Of a DNA stretch of 64,000 bases, positions 1 to 11,536 are shown piece by piece. Under the pieces are notes generated by a model. The model did not search any database and was not told the origin of the DNA. It saw nothing but the letters and a program-made list of their open reading frames with translations. Location: contig JBMNLI010000007.1 in assembly GCA_050952645.1 (NCBI GenBank), forward strand, positions 1-64,000. Reading direction: 5' to 3'. Source of the DNA: Bdellovibrionota bacterium (GTDB lineage Bacteria; Bdellovibrionota_C; UBA2361; CAKMMH01). Within the stretch, counting starts at the first letter, position 1, and each line of letters begins with the position of its first letter. The translations under genes and the position numbers were made by a program.

Positions 1-560
1 AGAGACTTGACCCTAGCAGCGCCTTATTAGGGCATAGAGAATCTGTAGATTTTGATTTTTTTTCCGAGAAAAGATATAACGCTTCAAAAATTTTAGATGA
101 ACTTAAAAGTATGCTTTTAGACGATGAAGCTATAGAAATTAAAGAGCAAGACGCAGATACGCTAATTATATTTATAAATTCTATAAAAATTTCTTTCTTT
201 TTTTATAATCACAAATTATTAGATAGCAAAATAAAATTATTAGACAATATTAAACTTGCAAGTGTAAAAGATATCTTTGCTATGAAACTTATCGCTATAT
301 CTCAAAGAGGAACTAAAAAAGATTTTATCGATATGTATTTTCTATTAAATAATGGTTTTGAGATGTTTGATGCTGTGCAAGTATTAAATGAAAAATACGA
401 GAAAGTTAAATTTAATAAACTCCATATACTAAAAAGTTTTTCATATTTCGATGATGCAGACTTAGACGCAGAACCTAAAATGTTAAAAAAAGTTTCTTGG
501 CAAGAAGTTAAAAATTATATTCAAAACAAAGCAAAATCTTTTTTAAAAGAGCTAGTTTAA
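1..560 (+). CDS. AbiEii/AbiGii-family nucleotidyltransferase (type IV TA toxin-like), 5' end lies before the window
   Basis: The frame is open from base 3 and reads LLGHRESVDFDFF upstream of the listed ATG. Later motifs DIFAMKLIAISQRGTKKDFIDMY and KSFSYFDDAD are typical of this family. Confidence 0.8.
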   Translation, partial: RLDPSSALLGHRESVDFDFFSEKRYNASKILDELKSMLLDDEAIEIKEQDADTLIIFINSIKISFFFYNHKLLDSKIKLLDNIKLASVKDIFAMKLIAISQRGTKKDFIDMYFLLNNGFEMFDAVQVLNEKYEKVKFNKLHILKSFSYFDDADLDAEPKMLKKVSWQEVKNYIQNKAKSFLKELV

Positions 561-626
561 ATAATATAATTTAAAGCCTAAAAATTTTTTATATAAAACT
601 CTAAATTCTTAAAAAAAACTAATACT

Positions 627-2192
627 ATGAATTATGATAAGTACCATTTTATAAGCAAACCATCTCTTGAAAGACATTTAGAAAAGATATCATGCGTCTC
701 GATGCTTTGGGGGCTTAATGTAAGCGCTTTAAATGAAGCTTGTGTTTTAGAGCTAGGCTGTGGGGCTGGGGATAATCTTATCCCTATGGCACTCTCTTAT
801 CAAGATTCTTATTTTGTAGGTGTGGATATTTCGCATTCTCAAGTAAAAAAGGGAAATGAAAATATAAAAAAACTTGGGCTTAAAAATATTATCCTTATTG
901 AAAAAGATTTTTCAAAATTTGCATTATCAGATATAAAATTTGAAGATAAGAAAAAGAAGATTAAAGAGTTTGATTATATAATAATGCATGGAGTGTTTTC
1001 TTGGGTAAGCGATAAGGCGAGAAGAAGTGCATTAAAGATAATAAAAAAATATTTAAGCTTAAATGGCGTTTCTTATATTAGTTTTAATAGCTACCCAGGG
1101 TGTGTGTTTAGAGATTTACTTATAAAGTTATTAAGAAAAAATGATGATAGTAAAAAAAGCTTAGAAGATAGAGTGAAAAATATAAGAGAAAGATTAAGTT
1201 TTTTAGAAGAATGCTTGCAAGATGGGAGTAGTTTTTATTCACTCGGGCTTAAAAATGAGGTTATGAATGTAATAAATCTTTCAGATAGTTTTATAGTTAA
1301 TGAAATATTAAACGATGAGTATCGCTCGTTTACGCTTGAAAGCTTTATTAAAGAAATTAAAAAGTATGGTTTGTATTATTTATCCGATGCAAGTTATATA
1401 AGAGGGTTTTCAGAAAGTAGAAAAGAGGAAAATTTAAAACAAAATTTTGAAGCGTATGAAAGTTATATAGATTTTATTTTTCCTAAAATTACTAGAGGAG
1501 TATTAGCTACGCATTTAAATAAAGGAAAAAATAAAGAAGAAAATAAAGAAGAAAATAAAGAAAGAAATAAAGAAGAAAATAAAGAGAAAGATAAAGAGAA
1601 AGATAAAGAGAAAAATAAAATAGGAAATTTTGAAAGAAAAATAAATCTTGATGCGATGGATGATTTTTACGTATCATCGCCTTTAGTTTACGATGGGGGA
1701 ACTAATAATTTTGCAGAGTTCAGGCTTCCTAATTCTCAAACTTTTGAGTTTGAAAATAGTGCAGAAATAGGTTTTTTTAAAAAGCTTGAGAGCGCTTGGC
1801 CTAAGCCTATAAAGCTAAGAGATATGGAGTGTATCGTAAGGAAAAGAAAGGTTTTAGATTATTTTTCAAAGGAATTTGTAAATTTTTTTACTTCAGATTT
1901 ATGTTTTAAAAACGTGCTAGATGAAGCACCAAGAGTAAGTAGCTTTGCGAAAATTCAACTAGAGACACAAGATTTTGCTACTAATTATAGAAATGAGTAT
2001 GTAATTTTTAATGATTTTCAGAAAAAAGTGTTTAATTTACTCGATGGCAAAAATACAAAACGTGATATACTAAATATTTTAATAAACGATTTAAAGGAGC
2101 AAGGTAAATATAGTATAGATATTTACAGAGAGTTAGACGAAGAGCTTCAAAAGACATTAGAGTTTTTTTTAGAAACGGCTTATTTAAAATAA
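627..2192 (+). CDS. Class I SAM-dependent methyltransferase with methyltransferase-regulatory-type C-terminal region
   Basis: VLELGCGAGDNL, VGVDIS and FDYIIMHGVFSWV motifs; contains an in-frame KEEN/KEKD low-complexity insert. Confidence 0.8.
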   Translation: MNYDKYHFISKPSLERHLEKISCVSMLWGLNVSALNEACVLELGCGAGDNLIPMALSYQDSYFVGVDISHSQVKKGNENIKKLGLKNIILIEKDFSKFALSDIKFEDKKKKIKEFDYIIMHGVFSWVSDKARRSALKIIKKYLSLNGVSYISFNSYPGCVFRDLLIKLLRKNDDSKKSLEDRVKNIRERLSFLEECLQDGSSFYSLGLKNEVMNVINLSDSFIVNEILNDEYRSFTLESFIKEIKKYGLYYLSDASYIRGFSESRKEENLKQNFEAYESYIDFIFPKITRGVLATHLNKGKNKEENKEENKERNKEENKEKDKEKDKEKNKIGNFERKINLDAMDDFYVSSPLVYDGGTNNFAEFRLPNSQTFEFENSAEIGFFKKLESAWPKPIKLRDMECIVRKRKVLDYFSKEFVNFFTSDLCFKNVLDEAPRVSSFAKIQLETQDFATNYRNEYVIFNDFQKKVFNLLDGKNTKRDILNILINDLKEQGKYSIDIYRELDEELQKTLEFFLETAYLK

Positions 2193-2264
2193 TATGTTAA
2201 AATAATATATTTAAAATAAATTTTTTGAGTAGTTGTTAAATAATTATTAAAAAGGATAAATAAT

Positions 2265-3359
2265 ATGGCAGGTGTAAAATCGAAAGAGTTTTTTATGACC
2301 AAACTTTTAATCTCGTTTGCATCGCTAATAATAGTTATAGCGGGCATAAAAGCAGCAAGCTCAGTGCTTATTCCGATCACATTCTCGATATTTTTAGGAT
2401 TGTTAGGCATAGCATTGCTTAAAGGTTTCGCAAAAATAAAAGTCCCTAAATTTTTAGCTATAACGATAGTAATGTTTGTTTTAATATTATCCGTTATTTT
2501 ATTTATCGAGTTATTAAAGAACTCGATCGTGGATTTTAACGATGCGCTTCCAATGTATAGAGAAAAATATGATGTTGCAAGTCAAGCTATATTAAATTAT
2601 TTATCACAAAAGGGCGTTAATGTTCCACAAGGGAAAATAGCAGAGCTTTTTACTTTTGATAAGTCGATGAATTTTTTAGTAGGAAGTTTAAAGAGTGTTG
2701 TAGGAGCGGTGTCGAATGTAGTTTTAGTTTTAGTTTTAGTGCTTTTTATATTATTTGAGGCTGCATCTTTTAGCGATAAACTTAAGTATGCTTTTAAGGA
2801 TTCTGCAAAGCTTGGGCATTTTTCTAGAACGAGTGATGAGATACAAAAATATATTTTAATAAAAAGCGTAACTAGTTTTTTAACGGGGTTATTCGTTTAT
2901 ATATCCGTAGCACTTTGCGGTATAGATTTTCCAGTGCTTTGGGGAATTATAGCATTTTTATTTAATTTCATTCCTATTATAGGCTCGATAGTCGCTGCTA
3001 TTCCTGCGATACTTTTAGCACTTATTCAATTTGGGTTTGTAGATGCGGTAATAGTATCTTTTATATATATAGTGATAAATTGGACTATAAGTTATTTTAT
3101 TGAGCCTTTAATGATGGGAAAAAATTTAGGGCTATCTCCTTTGATAATTATTTTATCAGTGTTTTTCTGGGGCTGGGTTTGGGGTTCTTCTGGAATGCTT
3201 TTATCTATTCCTTTAATGATGGTGATAAAGATTTTATTTGAAAATAGTAAAGATTTTTATTGGGTAGGTGTTTTAATGGGAGATACGGCAAGCGTTAAGG
3301 AGTTATGTAAAGAGAAAGAAAAAGAGAAAGATAGAGAAAAAGATAAAGAAAAAAAATAA
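2265..3359 (+). CDS. AI-2E (PerM) family transporter
   Basis: Multi-TM protein with LWGIIAFLFNFIPIIGS, IEPLMMGKNLGLSP and WGWVWG..GMLLSIPL motifs. Confidence 0.9.
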   Translation: MAGVKSKEFFMTKLLISFASLIIVIAGIKAASSVLIPITFSIFLGLLGIALLKGFAKIKVPKFLAITIVMFVLILSVILFIELLKNSIVDFNDALPMYREKYDVASQAILNYLSQKGVNVPQGKIAELFTFDKSMNFLVGSLKSVVGAVSNVVLVLVLVLFILFEAASFSDKLKYAFKDSAKLGHFSRTSDEIQKYILIKSVTSFLTGLFVYISVALCGIDFPVLWGIIAFLFNFIPIIGSIVAAIPAILLALIQFGFVDAVIVSFIYIVINWTISYFIEPLMMGKNLGLSPLIIILSVFFWGWVWGSSGMLLSIPLMMVIKILFENSKDFYWVGVLMGDTASVKELCKEKEKEKDREKDKEKK

Positions 3360-3449
3360 AAATAAAGAAAAAAGCAAAGACAAAGCCAAAGAAAAATGAA
3401 ACTGATTAAATGTTTTTTTGTAAGATCTAAAAAGGGGCTTTAAGTTTAT

Positions 3450-4181
3450 ATGGCAAATAGTTTTTTAGATTTTTTATATAATGATGAATATTTATTTGCC
3501 ATTAAAAAGCCTGCAAACATTCATTCAGTGATAAATAAAAATAGTCAAAATGTTTCTATTGCGGAAAAACTTTTAGAGGCCTATCCTGCTCTTTCGGTCG
3601 TTTCTAAGAGGGAAGATGCAGGGCTTTTAAACAGGCTTGATTTTGAAACCTCAGGGATTTTATTTGGTGCTTGGAAAAGTGAGTATTATAAAACTTTTCG
3701 CACTAATATAAATAGTGATATAAATAGTGATAATAACAATTCAGTAGAGAAAACTTACGTTGCTATTTGTGAGGGAAAGGTAGAAGGGGTAGTTTTAGAA
3801 ACTTATGTAGGTGGTGCGTATAGGGGGTCTAAAAAGGTAAGAATTTATGCACTAGGTAAGAATCCTAAGAGAGCGCTAATAGGAAAATCTAATATAGAGT
3901 TAGTCTCATTTAATAAAGAGAAAGATTTATCGTTAGTGAGTATAAAAGTTTTTGAAGCTAGGAGACATCAGATAAGAGCCCATTTGTCGTATTTAGGAAC
4001 GCCACTTTTAGGAGACGCTTTATATGGTGCTAAAAGAAATGTTCTAGATTATTTTAAGATTAGCAAAGCGCCTAAATTTTTGCTTCATAATGAAAATTTA
4101 ACTTTAAGAAATCCATTTACTAAAAAGCTAATTAAGATAGCTTGCGAGTGTGAGTGGGAGAAAGAGTTTTTTAAGGTTTGA
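3450..4181 (+). CDS. RluA-family pseudouridine synthase
   Basis: KKPANIHS, NRLDFETSG (catalytic Asp) and RRHQIRAHLSYLGTPLLGDALYG. Confidence 0.9.
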   Translation: MANSFLDFLYNDEYLFAIKKPANIHSVINKNSQNVSIAEKLLEAYPALSVVSKREDAGLLNRLDFETSGILFGAWKSEYYKTFRTNINSDINSDNNNSVEKTYVAICEGKVEGVVLETYVGGAYRGSKKVRIYALGKNPKRALIGKSNIELVSFNKEKDLSLVSIKVFEARRHQIRAHLSYLGTPLLGDALYGAKRNVLDYFKISKAPKFLLHNENLTLRNPFTKKLIKIACECEWEKEFFKV

Positions 4182-4484
4182 GAGCTTTGCTTTTAGACTA
4201 GTGTTTTTTTTGTCGCATTAAGTATCACAATTTACGTTTCAGCTCGCACGCTTTATAGCTCGCAAATCAAAACAAATTCTAATTAACATTTTTACGATTC
4301 GCTTTAAAAAATTTTCCTTAATATTAAACCTTGTCCGTGTTTGAGAAAGTAGCATTGCGATAGAACAAAAATATAGAACAAAATAATAGAATAAATAATA
4401 TAGAATAAATAAAGAACAGAAATAAAAAAACAGAGATAAAGAAATAGAAATAAAGAATAGGGAAAAAAAATAAGAAAAAAAGAA

Positions 4485-4571
4485 CAGAGAGGAAGGGATT
4501 CGAACCCTCGATACCATCGCTGGTATACCCGCTTAGCAGGCGAGCGCCTTCAGCCTCTCGGCCACCTCTCT
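4485..4571 (-). tRNA. tRNA-Ser(GCT)
   Basis: Reverse complement reads AGAGAGGTGGCCGAGAGGCTGAAGGCGCTCGCCT-GCT-AAGCGGG, then a long variable arm and GGTTCGAATCCC T-loop; no encoded CCA. Confidence 0.95.
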
Positions 4572-4690
4572 ATAAAAATGCTTATATAAATAAAATAATA
4601 CTTATATAAAATAACACTAATATATAAATAAATAATTAATATATAAATAAATAATAAGAAAAGATTTCCTAAAAAAACTAAAAATAAAAA

Positions 4691-4775
4691 CGGAAGAAGA
4701 GGGATTCGAACCCCCGAACGCTTTCACGTCTCTGGTTTTCAAGACCAGCGCCATCAACCACTCGGCCATTCTTCC
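4691..4775 (-). tRNA. tRNA-Ser(TGA)
   Basis: Reverse complement reads GGAAGAATGGCCGAGTGGTTGATGGCGCTGGTCT-TGA-AAACCAG, then a long variable arm and GGTTCGAATCCC. Confidence 0.95.
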
Positions 4776-4870
4776 AAAATTTTAACACTTCATACCTTTA
4801 GCGTGTCAATGTTATTTAACGTTATTAAACGTTATTTAATGTTAGCTAAATATAACCCATTAAGTTTTCA

Positions 4871-4933
4871 CTTTTCACATTCAAAAAAATTTCCTAAAAA
4901 AAATTATTTTAAGCCATTTTAAAACGTGAAAAG
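4871..4933. repeat. REP-like inverted pair (family A)
   Basis: CTTTTCACATT ... TTAAAACGTGAAAAG; another half-site, AAAACGCGAAGAACC, lies near 5014. Confidence 0.55.
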
Positions 4934-5040
4934 CTTAAAAAAAATCAAAATACTATAAAATAGTACATTATTATTAAAGAAAATAAAAGAGAAATAGTGT
5001 AAAAACTTTTAAAAAAACGCGAAGAACCTAATTTTTAAGC

Positions 5041-5802
5041 TTAATATTCCCAGTCATCATTATCATCTTTTGGCTTTAAATCTTCTAAAGCTTTTTCAAG
5101 ATTGATAAGTCCCGTAACTTCTGATAATTTATCGATAAGCTCGTAAAGCTCTTGGCAAAAAGCATTGTCATCAATTTTTATAGCGATGCTCTTTTTCTTA
5201 GCAAAAATAAAATACTTTGCCGAATAATGAGTTTTTTCTTTACAAATATTTAACATTATATCATCAAAAGTAGCACTATAAACCATAGCCATGCTATCTT
5301 CACGCTTTTTCCACATTCCATCAGTTTCTTGAAGATGCCTCTTTAAATAATCGAGCTTCTCTATAACTAAATTTTTAAATTCTTCTTTTGCATGGCTGTT
5401 ATATATATCTAGCTTATTTTGCACTAACTCAACTAACTCTTTAGCTAAATGCCCTTCCGCTAAAATTTCATACGTTTTATCTGCATGCTCAGAAACGATT
5501 CTAAAAGGATCTACTAACTCGATAGCATCCCAGCCCTCGGGGCGAAGCTCTATGGTATATCGTGGAGCATCCGCTTCCTTAAATTGATAACCACCAGCAA
5601 CGTAAATCGAAGCTAGCGGGGTAGACTCTCTAAAAACTAAAACTCCATCGTTTATTCTGACGGTATGCATAACTTCCCAAGTTTTTCTAGGTTTTGGGTA
5701 AGCTTTATCGCTTATCAATCTTTCATCATAAGATATAAACTTTTCTTCGGGAGAAACTTCGATAAGCTTTTTTATTTTTTGATATAAGGTAGTGTCTTTC
5801 AT
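5041..5802 (-). CDS. Hypothetical protein (253 aa, soluble)
   Basis: Long ORF with normal amino-acid composition and no recognised motif. Confidence 0.7.
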   Translation of the reverse strand: MKDTTLYQKIKKLIEVSPEEKFISYDERLISDKAYPKPRKTWEVMHTVRINDGVLVFRESTPLASIYVAGGYQFKEADAPRYTIELRPEGWDAIELVDPFRIVSEHADKTYEILAEGHLAKELVELVQNKLDIYNSHAKEEFKNLVIEKLDYLKRHLQETDGMWKKREDSMAMVYSATFDDIMLNICKEKTHYSAKYFIFAKKKSIAIKIDDNAFCQELYELIDKLSEVTGLINLEKALEDLKPKDDNDDWEY

Positions 5803-5974
5803 AAATAAAATTATAAATAAAATAATTTAAAATATTAAAATAAATTTCAAGCATTTCTAATATAACAAAATGATATTAAATTAAAAGAATACTAACTGAA
5901 TATATTTCGACTTTTAAAAGTATTTTCTTTAATTTGCTAGAATTTCTATAAGTTAAAAGCTAAAATAATCGCCT

Positions 5975-8900
5975 ATGACGAAAAATTTAAAAATTATAGA
6001 TGCTTACACAAATAATCTAAAACATATCTCCCTAGAACTCCCCCACAATAGCGTCAATGTAATTATAGGGAAATCTGGAGCGGGAAAATCTTCCCTTGCT
6101 TATGATACGATATATAACGAATCGGAACGTAAATATATACAAACATTTTCATCATACACTAGACAGTTTTTTAACACTGCAAAAAAAAGTAGCGTTGAAG
6201 ATATCGAAAATATACGCCCAGCAATAGCTATAAAACAAAGAACAAAAATTAAAAACTCTCGCTCAACAGTCGGAAGCTTAAGCCACGCAAACGATTACTT
6301 AAGGATTTTCTTTGCAAACTTCTGCGATACTCATTGCCCTGTATGTGGTAGAAAATTAGAATTTTTTTTAGCTAGCATGTTAGCTAAAAAACTTATAGCC
6401 GATTTTAACTCTGATGGTAGCAAAGATAACGATAAAGAAATTAACAAAGATACCAGCAAAGATAGTAGCAAAGATGCCAGCAAAGAAAGTAATAACCCGA
6501 CTCAAAAGCCTAGTGAGTATTTTCTGCTTATTGCTCCTATAAAAATAAATAAAAAAAAAGACACACACTCGTTTATAAAAGAACTTACAGCACAAGGATT
6601 TACTAAATTCTTTGATACTAAAACTAATGGCATTTATAGTGATAATGAAAAAATAATATTAGATGAAAATAATAAAATCTATTTAATAGTAGATAGATTT
6701 ATAAACTTTACATCAACAAAAGAAAAAAGATTAGTAGAGAGTATAAACCAATGCTACAAATTATCTCTAGGATTTTGTAATGTTTTAAAAATTTCAAAAG
6801 ATAAAGTAGTTTACAATAAAGTATTCTCTCTAGAGCCAACTTGCGAATGTATAGATTTTAAAATCCAAGCTCCTTTGCCAGCCTTTTTTTCTTCAAACCA
6901 TCCGCTAGGGGCATGCGATGAGTGTAAAGGCTTTGGAAATTTGCTAAGTATCGATTTAAGTTTAGCCATAAATGAAAATTTAAGCATCAAAGATGGTGCT
7001 ATAAGCATATTTGAAATGCCCTCAACTCTAGTGCTAAAAGATTTGCTTATTAAGTTTTGTAAAAAAGAAAACATTGATATCGATGCTCCATTTAAAGATT
7101 TACAAAAAGAAGAAAGAGACAAAATTATATACGTTCGTGAAAAGGGATTTTGTGGAGTTATGCCTTTTTTCGATGATATAAAAAGAAGAACATACAAAAT
7201 GCATGTAAGAGTTTTTTTAAGTAGATACCAAAAAGAAACTACTTGCCCAAAATGCGGAGGAACGAAATTAAAAAAAAATAAGTTCATGTTATAAAAATAA
7301 ATAATATGACTTACTCAGATTTGCAAAATCTCGAAATAAAAGAACTTTACGATTTTATTTCTAACTTTTCTAAATCACAAAAAAATTTAAAATTAGAACA
7401 AAAGGAAATTATTAAACAGATAGTCTCGAGATTAGAAATTCTTATAACTTTAAGCCTTTCTTATTTAACTTTAGACAGACAAGCTAAGGACGCTTTCTAG
7501 CGGAGAAACACAAAGAGTAAATTTAACTACTGCCATCGGCTCCCCTCTTTCAAATACTCATTTTATATTAGACGAGCCGTCTTGTGGGCTTCACTCTAGC
7601 GATACAAAAAATTTAATAAAAGCTATTTACGATTTAAAAAATAAAAACAACACGGTGACCGTTCTTGAACACGACCCTTTAATTATAGCCGCAGCCGAAC
7701 ACTTAACTGAACTTGGTCCCGGCGGTGGGGAAAGGGGAGGAAGCGTAATTTTTAATGGGAAAAAGTTCTGATTGGGATTACAAAGAACTAGAAAGTGCCA
7801 TAAACGAAAGACCAAGATTAAAAATAAAACCTACTAAGTTTTTAAAAATAAAAAATGCTAACGCCAAGAAACCTAAAAAATAGAGATGTTAGGCATAGGG
7901 CTAAATGCACTAAATGCACTCTCTGGAGTTTCTGGAAGTGGGAAAAAGCACACTTGCAACTAAAGTGCTATTAGAATCTTTTGAAAATTATAAAAAAGAT
8001 TATAAAAAAAGATTATAAAAAAAACGCTCAAAAGACTTTTGAAAAAGGATGCAAAAAAGATAGAGGGATTTGAAAATTTTTCAGACGTTTTATACGTAGA
8101 CCAAACGCCTATTATAAAATCTCCTCGTGCAAATATCGCTACTTACACAAAAATTTGGGACGAGATAAGAACTATTTTTTCAAATACCGATTATGCAAAA
8201 CAAAATAATATAGGAAAAAGTAGTTTTAGTTTTAATGTAGACGGTGGAAGATGTAAAGAGTGTAAGGGTATGGGATACCTTAAAGAAGATATGCAATTTT
8301 TAGAAGATGTTTATATTACGTGCCCAGTTTGCCTTGGAAAAAGATTTAAAGATAAAATATTAAAGGTAGCTTATAAAGGAAAAAATATTAACGATATTCT
8401 TAATATGTCTTTAGAGAATGCAAAAGAGTTTTTTAAAGATAATGAAAAAATATCGAATGCAGTGTTTTTCTTAGAAAAATTAGGTCTATCCTATTTAACA
8501 TTAGGTGAGTCTCTAAGTGAACTTTCAGGAGGTGAAGCCCAAAGATTAAAATTAGTGCCATTATATTACGAAAGCAAAAACGAGTGCGTCAAAAACTAGC
8601 GAGTCAAAAAATAGCGAGTCAAAAAATAAAAATATTCTTTTTATTTTTGATGAGCCAACCTCAGGGCTTTACCCAACAGATATAAATAATCTAATAATTC
8701 TTTTCGATACTCTTATTAAAGAAGGGCATACTATTTTACTTATCGAGCATAACGAGCAAATGTTAAATGCCCGCAGATTATATTATAGAGTTAGGAACTA
8801 GCGGAGGCGCAAACGGTGGAAAGCTAATTTATAACGGACTTAATGAAGATAAACATGGAAAAGAAAAATTTGAATTTAAATCTTTAAATAATAGTTTCTT

Positions 8901-11424
8901 AAAAAGGGCTTCTAAACTTTCTAAAAATGAGATAATTATAAAAAATGCTACAGAGCATAATTTAAAAAATATTAGTTTAAATATTCCACTTAATAAAATG
9001 ATCTCCCTAGTAGGAGTTTCAGGAAGTGGCAAAAGCACGCTTGCAAAAAATATTATATACGCTGAAGGGACAGAGGAATTTTTATAGATTGCCTATCGCC
9101 TTATGCAAGATTTTTTATTAAAGGGCTAAAAAAAATCTAATGTAAGAACGCATAGACAATATCCCCCCAGTTATATTTCTTGGGCAACAAATCTCGAAAC
9201 CCTCAAATATTTCTACGCTTGGAACCGTTTCAGAAAGTTATAACTTTTTTAAGATTACTCTTTTCTAAAGCTGGTGTTGAGCATTGCCCGAAACATAACG
9301 AGCAAAAAATAGGTGCATACTCTGTTAATGATTTTATATCGAATATAAAAAAATATAAAAATGAAAGAATTAAAATTTTATCTCCCGTAATAAATCAAAA
9401 AAAAGGAACGCATATTTGGAGTTCTCGAAAATGCGATAAATTTAGAGTTTGCCGTTAGAGTTGATGGCGCTTTTGGAATGCCCCTCAAAGTTTTTACACG
9501 AGCTAGAGCGTTATAAAAACTCATAGCATTGACTATGTGATAGGTGAGTTTATGCCTGAAAATGTAGATGAAACTACACTAAAAGATTTAGTAGAAACAT
9601 CGCTTCTTTGGGGCGCGATGGGCAACTAATAGTAGTCGATGCTAAAGGAAATGAAAAAGTATTTAATAAAAATATGTCGTGCCCTATTTGTGGATATTCA
9701 TCGCTGAAATTAGACCCAGAGGATTTTTCTTTTTAACTCAAAAAGAGGTGCGTGTAAATCTTGTAAAGGCAAGGGGGGAGATAAAGATGGGCAAGTTTGC
9801 TCAAAATGTAATGGCACTAGACTATTAAAAGAAAGACTTTTTAGTCACTATAAATGGAGCGCATATTGCAAAACTTTCTTCATTAACTAGCAAAGAGCTT
9901 TTAGAATTTTTCAAAAGTTTCGAGTTTGATGAAACTAAAAAAAATATAGCAAAGATAGTGCTAGAAGAACTTTTAGACAAACTAGAGCTTTTAGTAAAAA
10001 TAGGTTTAGGAGATATTCCACTAGATAGAAGCGCTTTAGATATTTCTAGAGGAGAATACCAACGCTTAAGACTTTCTTCGGTTTTAGGAGCAAAGCTAAC
10101 GGACACTTTATATATATTCGATGAGCCTAGTATCGGGCTTTGCAGGGAAGATAATCTAAAAGTGTTAGAGATATTCGATAAGCTAAAATCTTTAGGAAAT
10201 ACGCTTTTAGTTATAGAACACGACAGAGACACTATTTTAAAGGCAGACCATATTATAGAAATAGGGCCTAAAGGGGGAAAATACGGCGGAGAAAATCGTT
10301 GAAAATAGGAGTTTGAAAGATTTTCTTAAAAATTCTAAATCGATTACACATAAATATATAGTAGAGAATGCAGTAGAAAAATACAAGAAATTTAAAAAAA
10401 GAATATAAAATTTTAGATGATAAAAATAAAACAATTTATACACGTTCAAAACTGGCACGCTACATAATGTATCTAATCAAAATGTTAAAATTTTATTTAA
10501 CGCTATAAATACGGTAGTTGGTGTAAGTGGCGCTGGGAAAAGCACGGTAGTAAACGATATAATTTATAATACTTTCTTAAATGGAAAGTTTAATGAAAAA
10601 GTTTGATAAAAGTAAGATGGTTTATAAATATTTAGATCACACTATATTGCTAGATAAGAAAATAGATAGAGTGCTTTTCGTAGATCAAAATCCTATTGCA
10701 AAAAATGTTCGCTCTAACGCCTGCATCGTTTTTAGGAATTTATGATGAGATTAGAAAACTTTTAGCAAGCACTAACGATGCAAAGATTCGGGGCTTTAAA
10801 CGCATCGCATTTTTCTTATAACGCTGGAAAAGGTAAATGCACGTATTGTAAAGGTAGCGTGTTGAGAAACTAGAAATGAGTTTTATGCCAGATTGCCGTA
10901 ATAGATTGGTCCTATATGTGAGGGAAAGAGATTTAACTTAGACACTCTTAGCATTAGTTATTTAGGATATAATGCGTTCGACTTTTTAAATTTAACTTTC
11001 GATGAGGTAAAAGATATTTTAAAAAATCATAAAAAAATTTACGAGATGTGTTATTTTGCAAATAAAATAGGAATAGGATATTTAAAAACTTGGGCAAGTT
11101 TCAGGCACTCTATCGGGGGGAGAGGCACAGCGTTTAAAATTAGTAAAAGAACTAGCGCTTAGAAAAATTGGGCACACCCTTTTTATATTAGATGAGCCTA
11201 GTATTGGGCTCCATCCTAGCGATGTGAAAAAATTAAACGATTGCTTTAATACGCTAGTTGCAAAAGACAATACGATACTTTTAATAGAACACGATGAGGA
11301 TGTTATCAAAAAACTCAGATTATATAATCAAAATGGGGCCTGGAAGCGGAAAAAATGGCGGAAAGGTTTTAAGTTGCTTGCAAACAATCAAATTAAAATT
11401 TCGATTAACTCTAAGTATCATTAG
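5975..11424 (+). pseudogene. uvrA: Double-length (tandem-fused) excinuclease ABC subunit A, broken by many frameshifts (real or sequencing error)
   Basis: Four Walker A motifs (GKSGAGKS ~6070, GVSGSGK ~7925, GVSGSGKS ~9012, GVSGAGKS ~10520), LSGGEAQR signatures, DEPS.GL Walker B motifs and CxxC zinc fingers across consecutive frame-shifted fragments. End coordinate is approximate. Confidence 0.85.
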
Positions 11425-11430
11425 TTTTTT

Positions 11431-11505
11431 TTTTACGTTTTAAGGTAGCTAGCTTTAGCTAGCTAAGATTTTCTTAAAGGCTTTTTGTGTACCTTAAAAT
11501 GTGAA
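11431..11505. repeat. REP-like inverted pair (family A)
   Basis: TTTTACGTTTTAAGGTA ... TACCTTAAAATGTGAA. Confidence 0.65.
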
Positions 11506-11536
11506 CAAGATTTAAATTTTTAAAAGAGTAAATTTT

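Noticed and set aside
4239..4517. 92 aa minus-strand ORF
   Set aside because: Overlaps tRNA-Ser(GCT) and consists of low-complexity F/Y/L from A-rich repeats.
4485..4775. tRNA-Ser genes as an island integration site
   Set aside because: No duplicated tRNA 3' end and no integrase were noticed in the window.
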